A stretch of DNA of 60,000 nt from Malacoraja senta (lineage: Eukaryota), in contig CM075987.1 in the NCBI GenBank assembly GCA_038087875.1, positions 20,772,001-20,832,000 of the forward strand, in the 5' to 3' direction. A program made the translations under genes and the position numbers. Positions 12,797 to 26,260 of this stretch are shown here, piece after piece. The first letter of the stretch is position 1. Every line of letters starts with the position of its first letter. The notes under the pieces were generated by a model. That model was not told the origin of the DNA. It searched no databases and saw nothing but the letters and a program-made list of their open reading frames with translations.

Positions 12797-13139
12797 CTAA
12801 CAAATTTGGAAGAGCCATGCCTTTTTTGCGTGTCATCGGCTTGAGATTCTGTGGAAGAACTGGAACTAAGACTATGGGTCACATGGTAGTCTGTTGCAAT
12901 GTTGGGTCCAGTTTCAGTCTCGCCATTGGTGCCCTCTGTAAGAACTGCTTCAGGTTTTGCATTGGTAGCTTGAGGTAACCCTGGCTTTGAAAAGCGAGGT
13001 AAAGCAGGCAAGACCATTGATGGGAAAGCAGGTGAATGGTACGCGGCCGCAGGCTGCAAAATTCTTGTAGGGTGTCGCGGTGTTGTAGTTGAAGTCTGTG
13101 CTGGCACCAATACAGAGGGAGCAGGTATCGATGGTTGAG
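12797..13139 (-). CDS. NUP214: NUP214 exon 12 (P/S/T-rich linker)
   Basis: Polypyrimidine tract plus cag, gtatgt donor; open in the phase required by exon 11 (PQPSIPAPSVLVPAQTSTT...GSSKFVR); little recognisable similarity to human. Confidence 0.75.
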
Positions 13140-14341
13140 CTGCAAGGAAAAGATAGGCTTTTCCATTTCATGCTAAAATTCATATTTTTCCAAAGTCATT
13201 CAGCAATAATTATACAAATACCTCAAGGGACCAATGCAATGCAAAATATATTTTTTAACAATGTTGAAAAAACAGTGGATCAGTCATTCATTGTTTAATA
13301 AAGGTGGCAATTCACCAGCCATGCCTGTACCAGCCACAAGAAAAAGTAATTGACTTATTTCCACTTCTTCCCCCACAGATCTGCAATTTTGTTGTTTGTT
13401 TTTCAAATAAATTTACCTTTTGCAAGTTATTATTGAACCTGATTCAACCACCTTTTTTTTAATCAAGTACTGCATCCTGGTGATGAAATACACCATCTTC
13501 TTAACTTATTTTCTTTTGCCAACACAATACACCTGCATTATATGGTTTTAAATCTTCCTACGAGTACAAATAAGCAACCTTCTACCACCATCCTCTTCTT
13601 CCTATCATTAAACCAATTATGTATCCAGTTCAGTATCTCCGTGAATGCCTTGTTATGTAACCTTCCAGAACAGCCTACCACGCGGAATGTTAACAACGGC
13701 CATGATGAAGTCCATATAAACTATGTTTATGGCACTGTCCTCAACTACCTTTTGGGTTATTTCTTTAGAAAACTCATTTGTGAGACATGACCTCCCATGC
13801 ACAAAACCATGCTAACTATCCTGTCTTACCAAATGCACATCTTATCCCTCAGAATCCTCTTCAGTAACTTTCTACCATAGTCATTAGGCTTACTGGTGTG
13901 CAGTTCCAAGGATTTCCTTTGCAGCCCTTCTAAAATAGAGGCCCATTAGCTACTCTCCCGTCTTCTAGCACCTCACCTGTGCTTGACAATGATTCACACA
14001 TCTCAAACAATACTCCTACAATTTGTTCTCTAACTTCCCAGTTCTGTGGATCCAACTGATCAGGCCCAAGAGATGTCTTTGGACATTCACCATCTCCTCA
14101 AATCTAACTGTCCTCGAGACACCGCCATCAACTTCATGTCTTTCTCCATACCAGTTTGCAATGAGTTTCTGTTTCTAATAGGTTTATTTTTTTACCCCAA
14201 TGTGCTAGCAAAATTTATTACAACTTCTTAATGGGAATAATGAGTGAAAAGTCACTCCATAGAACTAGCAAATGGCCTTTTTGGGTGCTTAAAATTCTGA
14301 TATTATTTATTTATTCTGCTCTCATTGTGTTCAATACATAC

Positions 14342-14500
14342 GAGATTGAGGTTCCCTCTCTCCTTCAATACGTGGGCATTTTGATGGGACTACCAACAGT
14401 TTCCCCCCAGGGATGAAGTTGATCATATGGAATGAACAAAGAAGCCCTTGGGTTGTCAGTATCATCAAGATAGGAGAAGGTGCAAACATCTTCTCATCAC
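14342..14500 (-). CDS. NUP214: NUP214 exon 11 (end of beta-propeller)
   Basis: cag/gtatgt; DEKMFAPSPILMILTTQGLLCSFHMINFIPG...IEGEREPQS; 159 nt. Confidence 0.93.
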
Positions 14501-15229
14501 CTGCAAAAAGAACAAATAAATCAATTTTCAAGGATCACGTTAGAAAAAGACTTCTATGAAACAAACTATTAGATCAAGCCTACATTTATTGCATTTGAAA
14601 CGGAGTCAACTGATAAATGACATGCATGTAATCATCAAATATAAACATCAAAGAAATTACATTTCAGATCTATATTCACCGAATACTTTAATCCTATAGT
14701 GGCAACATTTTCCCTCATGGTCTAAACATATAAATTTTGATCAAACATTGCCTTCTTTGAATAAACATAAATTTCTTTTGAGAAATTTCTGTCTTCAGAC
14801 GGAGGACATTCAAGGCGAGAGAGCAATTTCATCACGCTCACTGTTGATGAGGTGGCTTAAACTCTTTTTTCCACAGATGATTACATGAGTGCTTCAAGCA
14901 TTTTTCATTTTTATCTGATCTGCAACAACAGTTTCTTTTTGACTTTCAAATCATTTCCTTATATTTCCATGTAACCTATTCTAGCACAGGTTTTTTTAAA
15001 GAGAAATAACAGCCTGATATTAGTAAACATTTGATCAATGGAAGTATGAACTGATCTGAAAAAGAACAGGTCTATACCAGGGCCAACGTCTATTCCTGAA
15101 GGGTGAGGGCTGCGCAATGCTGCTTTAAACAGTTGAATTGATACTTTTGTAATTACACACTACAGTTTCATCCAATATTACAGTTGAAAACCAGTACATT
15201 AGGTCCAATATTCCACACAAGCTGCCTTT

Positions 15230-17800
15230 CATCCTGATACATACCTGCCTGCGATTCTGCAGCCAACCTGATACGCCACTGCCGTGAATAACTTCATCCA
15301 GCAAGAGCATAGAGGAATGGTCACTGACCAAGACAATCTGAGTGTTCCTCAACCAAAAACTATGGATGAACCATGATGTACATTCACAGGTAAAGGCCAG
15401 GTCTGCTACATACAAGTCAAATGATCCCAAGCGGTAATGAAAGCCAGCTATGATCTTCGCAAAGCTAACAAGGATGCCGAGACAATACCAGGACAAACCT
15501 GAGTCCCGGTATAATTATTCGGACACACGCAGTATGTGGCACAGTCTGAATACTATAACTGGCTGCAAAGTGAAGTCAGGCAACCAGTGATAGTGCAGAC
15601 CTACCTGGTGAACACAATGCTTATTATCCTCGCTTTGAGCAGAATGCCAATGGGGCCAATGACATTCATCCTATCACTCAAGTATGCCTCTTCCCAGGGT
15701 CACTGTTGCAGAAGTTAGATCAGCCTTCCTGAGGGGTGAACCCACAGTAAGCAAATGGGCCGGTCAGAGTCCCTGACCGCATCTTTAGAAGCTGCACGGA
15801 GTATTCATGGACATTTTTAATCTCACCCTACCTCGCTCTGATTTACCCATCTGCTTCAAGAAGACAACTATCATCCTGGTGCTGAATAAATTCAAGATCT
15901 CATGCCTTAATAACTAACATCCATTGGCCTTGACATCCACCACCACAAAGTGTTTTGAGAGGCTAATTATGGAACCATTAAATCCAGTCTACCAAGCAGT
16001 CCTGACCCACTGCAGTTGGCCGACCGCCACAACCGACCCACGGCTGATGCCATCTCCCTGGCCTTACACTCATCCCTGGAACACCTGGATAAGAGAGACA
16101 CCCATGTCAGACTTCCGTTCATAGACCACAGCTCTGCTTTTAACTCAGCTCTCATTATCCCATCCAATCTCATCACCAAACTCATGGAACGTGGAGTCAG
16201 CACTCATCTTTGCAACTGGATCCTAGGCTTCCTGACCAACAGACCATAATCAGTGGGGATAGGAGACAAAATCGTCTACAACAATCATCAACACTAGTGC
16301 TCCGCAAAGATGTGTTCTCAGGCCCCTTCTCAGCTCTTTATACACCCACGATGGGCAGCAAGTACAAGCCTAATTCAATCTACAAATTCATGAACGACAT
16401 CACCATTGTGGGCCGGATATCAAATAAAGACGAGATAGAGTACAGGAAGCATGACCTGTTGTCAAGACGACAACCTTTCTCTTAATGTCAGCAAGACAAA
16501 GGAGATAATGATCGACTTCAGGAAGCGAAGTGGTACACATAACCCAGTATGCATTGATGGCACCGAAGTAGAGATGGTTAAAAGCTTAAGGGCCTGTCCC
16601 ACTTGGCCGTCATTTGTGCGCCATTTACGCGACCTGGTAGCGTGTGGGTAGTGCGGGACAATAGACAATAGGTGCAGGAGTAGGACATTCGGCCCTTCGA
16701 GCCAGCACCGCCATTCAATGTGATCATGGCTGATCATCCCCAATCAGTACCCCGTTCCTGCCTTCTCCCCATATCGCCTGACTCCGCTATTTTTAAGAGC
16801 CCTATCTAGCTCTCTCTTGAAAGCATCCAGAGAACCCGCCTCCACCGCCCTCTGAGGCAGAGAATTCCACAGACTCACCAATCTCTGTGAGAAAAAGTGT
16901 TTCCTTGTCTCCGTTCTAAATGGCTTACTCCTTATTCTTAAACTGTGGCCCCTGGCTCTGGACTCCCCCAACATCAGGAACATGTTTCCTGCCTCTAGCG
17001 TGTCCAAACCCTTAACAATCTTATATGTTTCAATGAGATTCCCTCTCATCCTTCTAAACTCCGTCACTACCGGCCTGTCGCGTAAATGACGGCCAAGTGG
17101 GACAGGCCCTTAAGGTTCTTAGAGTAAATATTGCCAGCAAGTTGTCCTGAACCACCCATATTAAAGCAATGGCCAAGAAAGCACACAAACGCTTCTACTT
17201 CCTTAGAAAGCTTAGGAAGTTTGCTATGTCCCCAACACTCTCAGCTTCTACAGAGGCTCCGTAGAAAGTATTTCATCGGAATGCATCACAGCATGGTTTT
17301 GGAACAAATTCATTCAAGAGCACAAGAAATTGTAGAGAATTGTGGATTCAACCCAGCCCATCATACACACCAACTTCTATTGACTCCATTTATACTTCAC
17401 ACGGCCTCAGTAAGGCCACCAGCATAATCAAGGACGAGTCTCACCACGGTCATTCCCCCTTCTCCTCTCCCCCATCAGGGAAGCAGTACAGAAGTGTGAA
17501 AATGCACACCTCCACATTCAGGTAGACTTTCTTCCCAGCTGTTATCAGGCAACTGAAACATCCTATCAACAACTAGAGAGCGGTCCTGAACTACTATCTA
17601 CCTCACCGGAGATCCTCGGACTGTCTTTAATCGGACTTTACTGGACTTTATCTTGCACTAAACTTTATTCCCTTTATCATATATCTGTACACTGCAGATG
17701 ACTCTATTGTAATCATGTATAGTCTTTCAGCTGACTGGTTAGCGCACAATAAAAGATTTTCTCTGTATCTTAGTACACGTAACAATAAACTAAGCTAAAC
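15230..17800 (+). mobile_element. Decayed Rex1/Babar-like LINE with nested insertions
   Basis: [64 protein letters not shown] in several frames. Confidence 0.8.
16589..17110. mobile_element. Harbinger-like MITE carrying a CR1 3' fragment (about 16657-17062, minus strand)
   Basis: TIR agggcctgtcccacttggccgtcattt / aaatgacggccaagtgggacaggccct; internal CR1 C-terminus (ORF 16744-17067). Confidence 0.85.
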
Positions 17801-18020
17801 AAGGGCCATTTATGCAACAGGAACAGAACAATTTTGGCCAATTTTAGGTGGGGGTAGAAAGAAAAGATTTGCTTCTCAGGATAGTTTCCCATTCCAGGTG
17901 CAATGATTTTTCTAAGAGTGAGTTCTTAAATGGAATTACACCCTTGCCTTGCTCAGGATGCTCAATCACCTTATGACAAAGTAATAAAATGTAAATTTAT
18001 GGCCAAACAAGAATGCTTAC

Positions 18021-18147
18021 CAACATTGACAGGCAGTTGACTGGTGATATCAATAGAAACTCCAACCGGCATGGTGTCATCACTGTTCTCAGTCACAGGA
18101 AGTTCTGCTCGAGCAGCATCTTCGAGAACCCACATCTCCCAGCTGAC
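18021..18147 (-). CDS. NUP214: NUP214 exon 10
   Basis: cag/gtaagc; VSWEMWVLEDAARAELPVTENSDDTMPVGVSIDITSQLPVNV; 127 nt. Confidence 0.95.
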
Positions 18148-18414
18148 CTGAACATGGAGGCTCACAGACATCAAGCTTGAGTACAGAAAGAGGGTATTCA
18201 GCCCCACAAAACTATGCTTCCATTTATGCCCAGAAGTACTTTGCTCTCAAGTTCATCATATTCCACTAACATGTCTCTCATTTTCATTGTCCTTATTGTG
18301 ATCATCCTTTAATGCATTTGTGTACTTGGCTTAAGTCCTGCACAAAGTAGCAAGTCCCACCTTCTCATGATTGAGACAAGAGGTTCCAGAATTCCCATTT
18401 AAATGTATTCATCA

Positions 18415-19099
18415 AGGGCCTGTCCCACTAACGCGACTTTTCAGCGACTGTCTTCGACCTTCAAGCTCGAGGGCACTCGCCTGAAAAACTTCGAACTGGA
18501 GGGACCGTCAGCGATGAAACCGCGAGTCGGATCGACCGTCTACACACACACAAACCCTTCGCAAAGGCGGGGGCCAGGGAAAGCGGGGAAGGGCTGTCTG
18601 AAATTCACACCCGCGATGAACAGGAAGGTAAAAGACGGCTGGCACAGTTACGGCAAGTCCTTTAGAGAGCGCGGAGAGGGGGGGAGAGAAGGAGTGGAGA
18701 CACTTTTAAGAAGCCAGACAACTTTTAATAAAGTTTAGCGGGCATTTAACATTACCGTTCGGATCTGAAAACTCCAATGAGCCAATTAAAATGCCCGGTC
18801 AGCAAATGAGATTGCCTACGGCTGCCCTCGACTGCCTATAACTACATAGCGACCCCACTCCACTGCACTACCAGTTCAAAAGAACCATGCCGACCAATTT
18901 TTACACGCAGAAAATCTTTCAGCATGCTGAACCATTTTCCACGACCAAACTGAGGCCTCGAGTATGCGGGAACTTCCCTCGAGCATGAAGGAGAGTTCCA
19001 GTGACCTCCTAGGACCACGTGTCGACCATGCTGCGAGTTTGAGTCGAGAGCAAACTCTTCTAAACTCGCAAATTAGGTCGCCACAGTGGGACAGGCCCT
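18415..19099. mobile_element. Harbinger-like non-autonomous transposon
   Basis: TIR agggcctgtcccact / agtgggacaggccct; 3-bp TSD TCA; CpG-rich interior. Confidence 0.85.
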
Positions 19100-19336
19100 T
19101 CACTATTTTGCATCCTGTCGTTTAGTTCCATCGCACAAGTGATTTTATTTAAATCTACTTATCAATACTATTCAAAAATTTTAATGCCTCATTCCTCATG
19201 GATTTTTATTTAGACCAAAGGACCCAGCTTATCGCCTTCACTTTTCTCATATCTCATTGCTCATGTCCAGTCCTTTCTCAACAACAGCAGCAACTAAATG
19301 TCGATTTTAAAGAATGCGTAAAAAAAAACCAACTAC

Positions 19337-19403
19337 CTTGTCTTGTTGCCGAGCAATGATACTGACTTCTATAGATGCTGCTGAGGAGGCCACGAGAATA
19401 TCC
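19337..19403 (-). CDS. NUP214: NUP214 exon 9
   Basis: cag/gtagtt; DILVASSAASIEVSIIARQQDK; 67 nt. Confidence 0.93.
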
Positions 19404-19827
19404 CTGGGAAATAATAGTGAATTAGCTATAGCATGGAATCAAGATGCAGTCAATTACAATTGACTTAGATTGTGTTGATTGAAGGTACAAACATAAGCAA
19501 ATATACGCCAAACTTTTTGAATTTGCACAATCCCATTGGATCCTTTCTCAAAAGGTCCAAGTATTACTTTCTTGGAAGACATCTAATTCTGCATTGAGCT
19601 AAGGAGCTAAATCCATTCAGGAACACTTCAGAGGTGCAACAAATAGTTTCTGTACTCCTGGTAGTAGAAAGAAAGGAGAGCCATGCGTTCTGATCAGTGT
19701 ACAGATATGAAGGTCAGACAGCACAAACTCTGAGCTGAGCAGGAGGAAACCTTATTCAAAAATAGGACGCACGCTGACTCTTATGCGACTTACTATGCAC
19801 ATATGAAAGTTATAACATAATACACAC

Positions 19828-19934
19828 CAAACATCTAAGTAGTGAAGGTAGTAATGGGGTCGTCTCTCTATTGTTGCTCCAAAACACAGGTCATTAAAAT
19901 TCAAATACTGATCCTCTTTCTTCTCATCTTTTTT
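19828..19934 (-). CDS. NUP214: NUP214 exon 8
   Basis: cag/gtgtgt; KKDEKKEDQYLNFNDLCFGATIERRPHYYLHYLDVW; 107 nt. Confidence 0.93.
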
Positions 19935-20654
19935 CTGGAAGAAACATTCAACATCTCTTATTGTAAAAGCACACACAAATTTTTCTTTAAACTATGCACA
20001 TGGTGTAACAGGTCTGGACATCAGGGCAACATGGACATATATTTTCATGTAATGTTTGATGACACAGTAGTGGTGGCTTTATGGAAGAAGTTGCAGAGGT
20101 GGGTACAATTATAATGTTTAAAAAACTCTTGGACTGGTGCATGGATAGCAAAGGTTGAGGGATGGGACATATGGAGACAAATGGGACAAGTTCATGTGGA
20201 GATCTTGGTTGGCATGGATAACTGGTCATGCCCATCATCCTTTAAGTACTGTATACATTTACTTAATTATTTGTAGATAAAGCTGCACATTTGCTTTGCA
20301 CCACTTACTTAAATTGTACACTTTACAGACACTGCAGACCCAGCAAAACCATAGAGGAATAACCCTCCAGTCCTCCTTGAGACAGTTGTATGGAATCTTT
20401 TCATTTAGATAAATGGGGAGAAAAGACACCAAATTTATGTCTCATCTGGAAAACAACACCTGCACTTGTACATTGCATTCTAAGTGCAGAAATGAAGTGT
20501 CATCTTAGAGCATAGTCTTAAGTTTCAGTATCTATTTGGATGGTGCCTTAAACTTAGTAAAAGCTGTGACATTCTTAGAAAAAAATATATACGACTTTTG
20601 AAAATCCAGAACATGGCATGGAGACGACCAAGTACTCCCACGAAAACTACTTAC

Positions 20655-20758
20655 TGCTAGGGAAATAATCACAACATCGGGGGGAGCTTCCTGGGATCCA
20701 TCTGCAGCTACAAACACCACTGAAAAGACATATGTACTAATCCAGTGTATGTCCAAAA
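20655..20758 (-). CDS. NUP214: NUP214 exon 7
   Basis: cag/gtaagt; VLDIHWISTYVFSVVFVAADGSQEAPPDVVIISLA; 104 nt. Confidence 0.95.
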
Positions 20759-21468
20759 CTGCCAAAGAAAAAGTGACACATTTATAAATCAGCAGCTTAC
20801 AAGTACTAACATGTGTAAACATACCAACGAGCTGCCTCAGGCGACTCAAGACATCAGTATATTCAAATAAAAACAATGCCATTTTATTTTAAACTGGATT
20901 GCAAAAGCATACACGCTCCATCTGTGATTTTCAGTCTTAAGCAGTTTCCTGTCACTTATCTGCATTAAGTGCAAACACAGAGACTTTTGAACCAACTTCA
21001 TGCTGCATTGAAAAGATACTTAAAATGACTTGGGCAAATTTCTACGTGTGTGTATGTCCCACAAATACTAAGTGAGTGGAATACTGAACCACAGTGGAAG
21101 CATTGGATTGAACGCTGCTCCAGTAGTTTACTGATCTGATCTAACTAGCACTGTTAGAGCAACGGCCACAAATATGCCCACGGCTTCATCAGAACAATCA
21201 CCTTTATAACACAGTGGCACTGTTATTCAAACTCTCCCGAATGTATGATATGGTTCCCTGTATATAGCTTACATTTGTGAAGTGGATTTAACATGAAAAA
21301 AGGAATGTAATAGTTTAAAAATGAACGTTACCTGATCAAACAGCACTAATTCTAGAGCCCCATAAAAATAGTAGTGTTAAATTATATACCTGAAACTAAA
21401 TCCAAGTTAACACTTATTAAATTGAACACGAGAGAAGCCATGATATGACTCCCCTGTATGCATCCCAC

Positions 21469-21532
21469 CTTTAACTGGGTTCTCCGATTTGTAGAAAGGG
21501 GGACAAGAGATAACTTTCTTTTCTTGCAATAC
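21469..21532 (-). CDS. NUP214: NUP214 exon 6
   Basis: tag/gtggga; VLQEKKVISCPPFYKSENPVK; 64 nt. Confidence 0.93.
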
Positions 21533-21589
21533 CTAGAAAGAAAGAAAAAATGTTAATTATCTCCAAGTTGAAAATGTAAATACACAACA

Positions 21590-22900
21590 AACAGAACTAT
21601 TTTATTGAGGATGTAATTTGTAGAATAGATGAGGGTGAATTTGTGAATCTGGTCACCTGGAACTTCAGAAAGCTTTCAATAAGGTCCTACAAATATATTT
21701 GTATGCAAAAGTAAGTTAATCGGTCAGAGGTGCAGAATTAGGCCATTAGGCCCATTGATTCTACTCCACCATTCAATGGTGGGTGATCTATCTTTCCCTC
21801 TCAACCCCATTTGCCTGACTTCTCCCTGAAACCTTTGACACACTTACTATTCAAGAACCTGTCAAGCTCCGCATTTAAAAATACCCCATGACGTGGCCTC
21901 CAAAGCCGTCTTCAGCAATGAATTCCATTTTCACCACCCTCTGGAATTTCTCCTCATCTCCTTTCGATAGATCTGTCGTTTTAATCGGTGGCTGTACCTT
22001 CTGGCACAGACACTCCCTCTGGTGGAAACATCTTTTCCACATCCACTCTAATTAGGCATTTCACTATTCGGTGAGTTTCAATGATATCCCACCTCACCCT
22101 TCTAAACTCCAGTGAGTAAAGGCCCAGAGCCAGTTAATGCTCATCATATGTTACACCAATTATCCCCAGGATCATTCTCATAAACCTCGCCTGGTCCCTC
22201 TCAAACGTCAGCACATCCCTCTTCAGATATGGGGTCCTAAACTGCTCACAATACTCCAATTGCAGTCTGACCAGCGCCTTACAAAGTCTCAGCATTACAA
22301 TGAATGCTAACATTGCATTTTCCTTCCTTACTAACTATTCAACCTGCAAATTACTCTTTTGGTAATCCTGCACCATGACTCCCAAGTGCTTTTGCACCAT
22401 AGATTCTGCCATTTATTTTCCCACTCTCCCAATCTGTCAAGTCTTCCTGAAGACTCCGCTTCCTCTACACTACCTGCCCGTCCACCTATCTTCATATCAT
22501 CCACAAACTTGGCCACAAAGTTTGTCAATTCTATTATCCGTATCATTAATATACAACGTGAAGAGTAGGAGGATGTGTTTGCTGTGGAGTTTAGCAAAGG
22601 TGGGATTCCTGGGATGGCAGAACAGGCGAAAGAGAGATTGGATCAATTTGATTTAGAAGACGACAAGATCTCATAGGAACGTATGAAATTCCAACATGAT
22701 TGGATGGATTAGAAGCCGGTAGCAAGCATTTGATGCCCGACAAGTCGAAGAACATTGGTCATGGCCCAGGTAGGCCATTTAAGACTGAAATAAGGAAAAA
22801 AACTTTTATCCCAGACTGCGTTGATTCTATGGAATTGTATAACATGGAACACAATTGAAACCAATTCAATAAACGTATAAAAAAGGAGCTGGCCAACCAT
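21590..22900. mobile_element. Mosaic of decayed CR1 fragments in both orientations
   Basis: Minus-strand KFVDDMKIGG..LGEW (RT) and CR1 3' UTR at about 21725-22520, between plus-strand CR1 remnants. Confidence 0.7.
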
Positions 22901-23450
22901 TCTGTTGATTTATTAAATTCTACTACGTTTGTTCCATATCTCCTTAACATTCTCACATGGCAAAAGTTTATCGACACAATTTTTTGAAATTTTCAAATCA
23001 AAAGAGGGTCTCAATAAATTTTCCAGGGCATTGCATCTCAGATTTCTATGATTTATAAGAGACTCCTGACATCCACACTGAAGACTCCTATCCTAAAGTT
23101 AGGCCCTTTGCTCAGCACCTCTCCAGTAAAGGAAACTTCCACATTTTCAACTTAATACCAATCACTCTTAATCAACTATTATGTGAAATCATACCTTCAA
23201 AGTATGATTGTTGATCTCTATTCTCAAATTATTTTTAGGTTTATTACTGTCTCGTGTACAGAGGTGCAATGAAAACCTTTGTTTTACATGCAATCCAATC
23301 AGATTAGATAATAATATTCATAAATACAACTGTCAAACTCAAATGCAATAGGTATAGCAAAGTGAAAGTTGCAGAGTACAGAATATAGTTCTCAACATTG
23401 TAGGGACGAGTGAATCATGCTTCAATCTATAAAATTGTGAAATAGCCCAA

Positions 23451-23745
23451 AGGGCAGCACAGTGGTGCAGCTGAAGAGTTACAGTGCCAAAGTCCTAGGT
23501 TTGAACTTGACCACAGGTGCTGTCTGTACAGAATTTGTACGTTCTCCCTATGACCGCATGGGTTTTCTCCGGGTGATCCAGTTTTCTCCCACACTCCAAA
23601 GACATACAGGTTTGTCAGTTAATTGGCTTTGGTAAAATTGTAAAATTATTCCTAGTGTGTAGGATAGTGTTAGTGTATGAGGTAATCGCTTGTCGGTGTG
23701 GACTCAGTGGGCTGAAGGGCCTGTTTTCACACTGTATCACTAAAA
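23451..23745 (+). mobile_element. tRNA-derived V-SINE (HE1-like)
   Basis: A/B-box-like head, V-domain (gcatgggttttctccgggtg..ctcccaca), CR1-like 3' tail. Confidence 0.8.
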
Positions 23746-24013
23746 GTCTAAAGATTTCAGAGAATTGTCATGAGACCAAATCGTATGCATGCAGTTTAAA
23801 GGAGGAAGTAAAAGGGACAGTAGGGAATTAAAAAATCTTGGGTTTAGCAGTTGATAATAAATATAATGGATATCGGAAGAGGTTAGAATTGTAGTAGATT
23901 ACAATTGTGTAGAATTGTAGTAGAGTTAAGGTTTCTGTGGCTGTTTGGAGACAATTAAGGAGAATAAGAGTTAAAATGTCAGAAAAAAAATACAGGCACC
24001 ATGACCCACTTAC

Positions 24014-24084
24014 CGGCGAGTATTGAACCACTGTCCCATTTTGACGACCAGCAGCCAACTGTTTCCCTTTTGGACTCCAGCATA
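24014..24084 (-). CDS. NUP214: NUP214 exon 5
   Basis: tag/gtaagt; [23 protein letters not shown]; 71 nt. Confidence 0.95.
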
Positions 24085-24221
24085 CTAAAAAGTGAAAGTG
24101 CAGAAGACGGCAAGATTTAGGAGAGAGGTGAAGGAGGGTAGGGTGGTGGGGCGGGGTTGAGGGGGAGAAGCCAAATTGACAAAGTGAGAAACAACATGTT
24201 AGATTAGGTTTATTATTGTTA

Positions 24222-24517
24222 AGCCCCTGTCCCGTGATGCGAGTTTACCCAAGAGCTCTCCGGAGTAAAAAAAAAAATCAAACTCGTGGTACATCACGAG
24301 TATTTTTTTACTCTTGAAAATTTTCCACACTGTTGAAAAAACTCCACGAGTTTCCGTGTTTCCCGAGTACCTGCCGTTAGCATTACGAGCTGCTACGAGA
24401 CATCCACAAGCTCCGACGTACCCGCTGCATACATTCTACGTACTTACCACGAGTTTGAATTATTTTTTTTTAACTCGGGAGAGCTCTTCGGTAAACTGGC
24501 ATCGTGGGGCAGGGCCT
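24222..24517. mobile_element. Harbinger-like MITE
   Basis: Imperfect TIR agcccctgtccc..gatgcgagtttacc..aagagctctcc mirrored at the right end; TSD TTA on both sides. Confidence 0.8.
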
Positions 24518-25049
24518 TTACAAGTACGGAGGAGGTACACTGAATAGCTTTGTTTTGGATGTTATGCAAACAGAGCAGATATATCATACATAGATGCAAT
24601 CAGTTCAAACTCAAGCACGATAGAGCAAAGGGGAAGATACAGAGCACAAAATAGTCTCAGCATTGCAGTGCATTAGTTCCAGCAAACTGCATAGCTCTGG
24701 GATAATAGGGATAGTCAGCATAGCTTTGTCTACCCCGACATCAGTCTGAAGAAGGATCTCGACCCGGAAACGACACCCATTCCTTCTCTCCAGAGATGCT
24801 GCCTGCCCCGCTGAGTTACTCCAGCATTTTGTGTCTCGCTTTGTCTACGGCAGGTAATGTCTTACTAACTTGATTTAAGTTAGTTTTTTGAGGCGAGGAA
24901 GGTGATTGATGATGCTAGGGTAGTGGATGTTTTTTTACGTGGATTTTAGTAAGGCATTAATATGTCCCTCGTGATGGGTTGACGCAGAAGATGAAGATGT
25001 CGGGGATCTATGGTGACTTTGTTGGATTCAGAACAGGCTTCCCCACTGA

Positions 25050-26260
25050 ACTGCTGATGCTGGCTTACAAAAAAAGACACAAAGTGCTGGAGTAATTCAG
25101 CAGGTCAAGCAGCATCTCTGGAGAACACAGATAGGCGATGTTTTGGGTTGGGAACCTTCTTCAGACTGATTGTAGGGGGGTGGGGTGGGAGTGGGAGGAG
25201 GAAGAAAGCTGGGAGAGGTGTGGGCAGGACAAAGTCAGGCAAGTGATAAGTGGATACAGGTGATGGAGGTTTTGAATTCAAAGCCAGAGATAGGAACATT
25301 TGTGGTGGGGGGGGAGAAGACGGAAAAAAAAGTTTTTTTTGCAGGTTACCTAAAATTCAATGTTCACACCACTGGGCTGCATGTCACGCAAGCAGAATAT
25401 GAGGTGCTGTTCCTCCAGTTTACGTGTGGCCTCACTCTGACATTGGAGGCAACCCAGGAACAAAGGTTCAATATGGACATGGGAAGGCCTGTTGAAATGG
25501 TTAACCACCAGGAAATCCAGCAGGCCTTGGCAAAGCGAGTGCAAGTGTGCAACGTAACTTTGAAAAGTAATTGGTGGTGGGCAAAATTGAAGGTGGTGGT
25601 AATGTTAGACAATGATGTGTTGGATGGTAGGGTGAAAGGCAAGGACCGGGGAACTTTATCCTAGCTCCCTCCAGGAGAAGGGTAGCAAAAGCAGAACTAC
25701 AGGACAGAGAAGACGCGGGTGAGAAATCCATCTGCAACAGCAAGGGGGAAAGCCACGTTCACTAAATGAGACGACATCATGGATGTCCTAGAAAGGAAAG
25801 GCTAGTCTTGGGTGCAGATGTGGTGGAGACAGAGAAATTGAGAGTCTTTGCAAGAAGCAGGGTGGAAGCTGTGTAGTCCAGTTAACCGTGGGAGTCGTAG
25901 ACGTCCGTTGAAAGTCTGCCCCCTGTGATGTAGACAGAGTGATCAAGAGGAGAGAGGTAACAGATCTCAAGAAGGGTCTCGATCCAAAACGTCACTCATT
26001 CCTTCTCTCCAGAGTGCTGCCTGTCCTGCTGAGTTACTCCAGCTTTTTGTGTCTCAGGGATCAGAGATAGTCCAACTGCATTTCAGGATAGGGTGAAGGT
26101 TAATAGTAAAGTTAATAAAACCAACGAGCTGTGCAGGAGGCAGCCCTGATGCAGTTATATATATAATGGAGAAAGAGTTGTGGGATTATGCCAATGTCCA
26201 TATGGAACAAGGATTTTTCAACGTAATCAACAAAAAGACAGGTATAGCTGGAGCCCATGG
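25050..26260 (-). mobile_element. Decayed Penelope-like element
   Basis: RT motif MGSSYTCLFVDYVEK at about 26260, C-terminal RKLEEQHLIFCL...QPSGVNIEF, terminal unit at about 25070-25170. Confidence 0.75.

Noticed and set aside
23451..23530. tRNA gene
   Set aside because: Degenerate tRNA-like head of a SINE, with no complete cloverleaf
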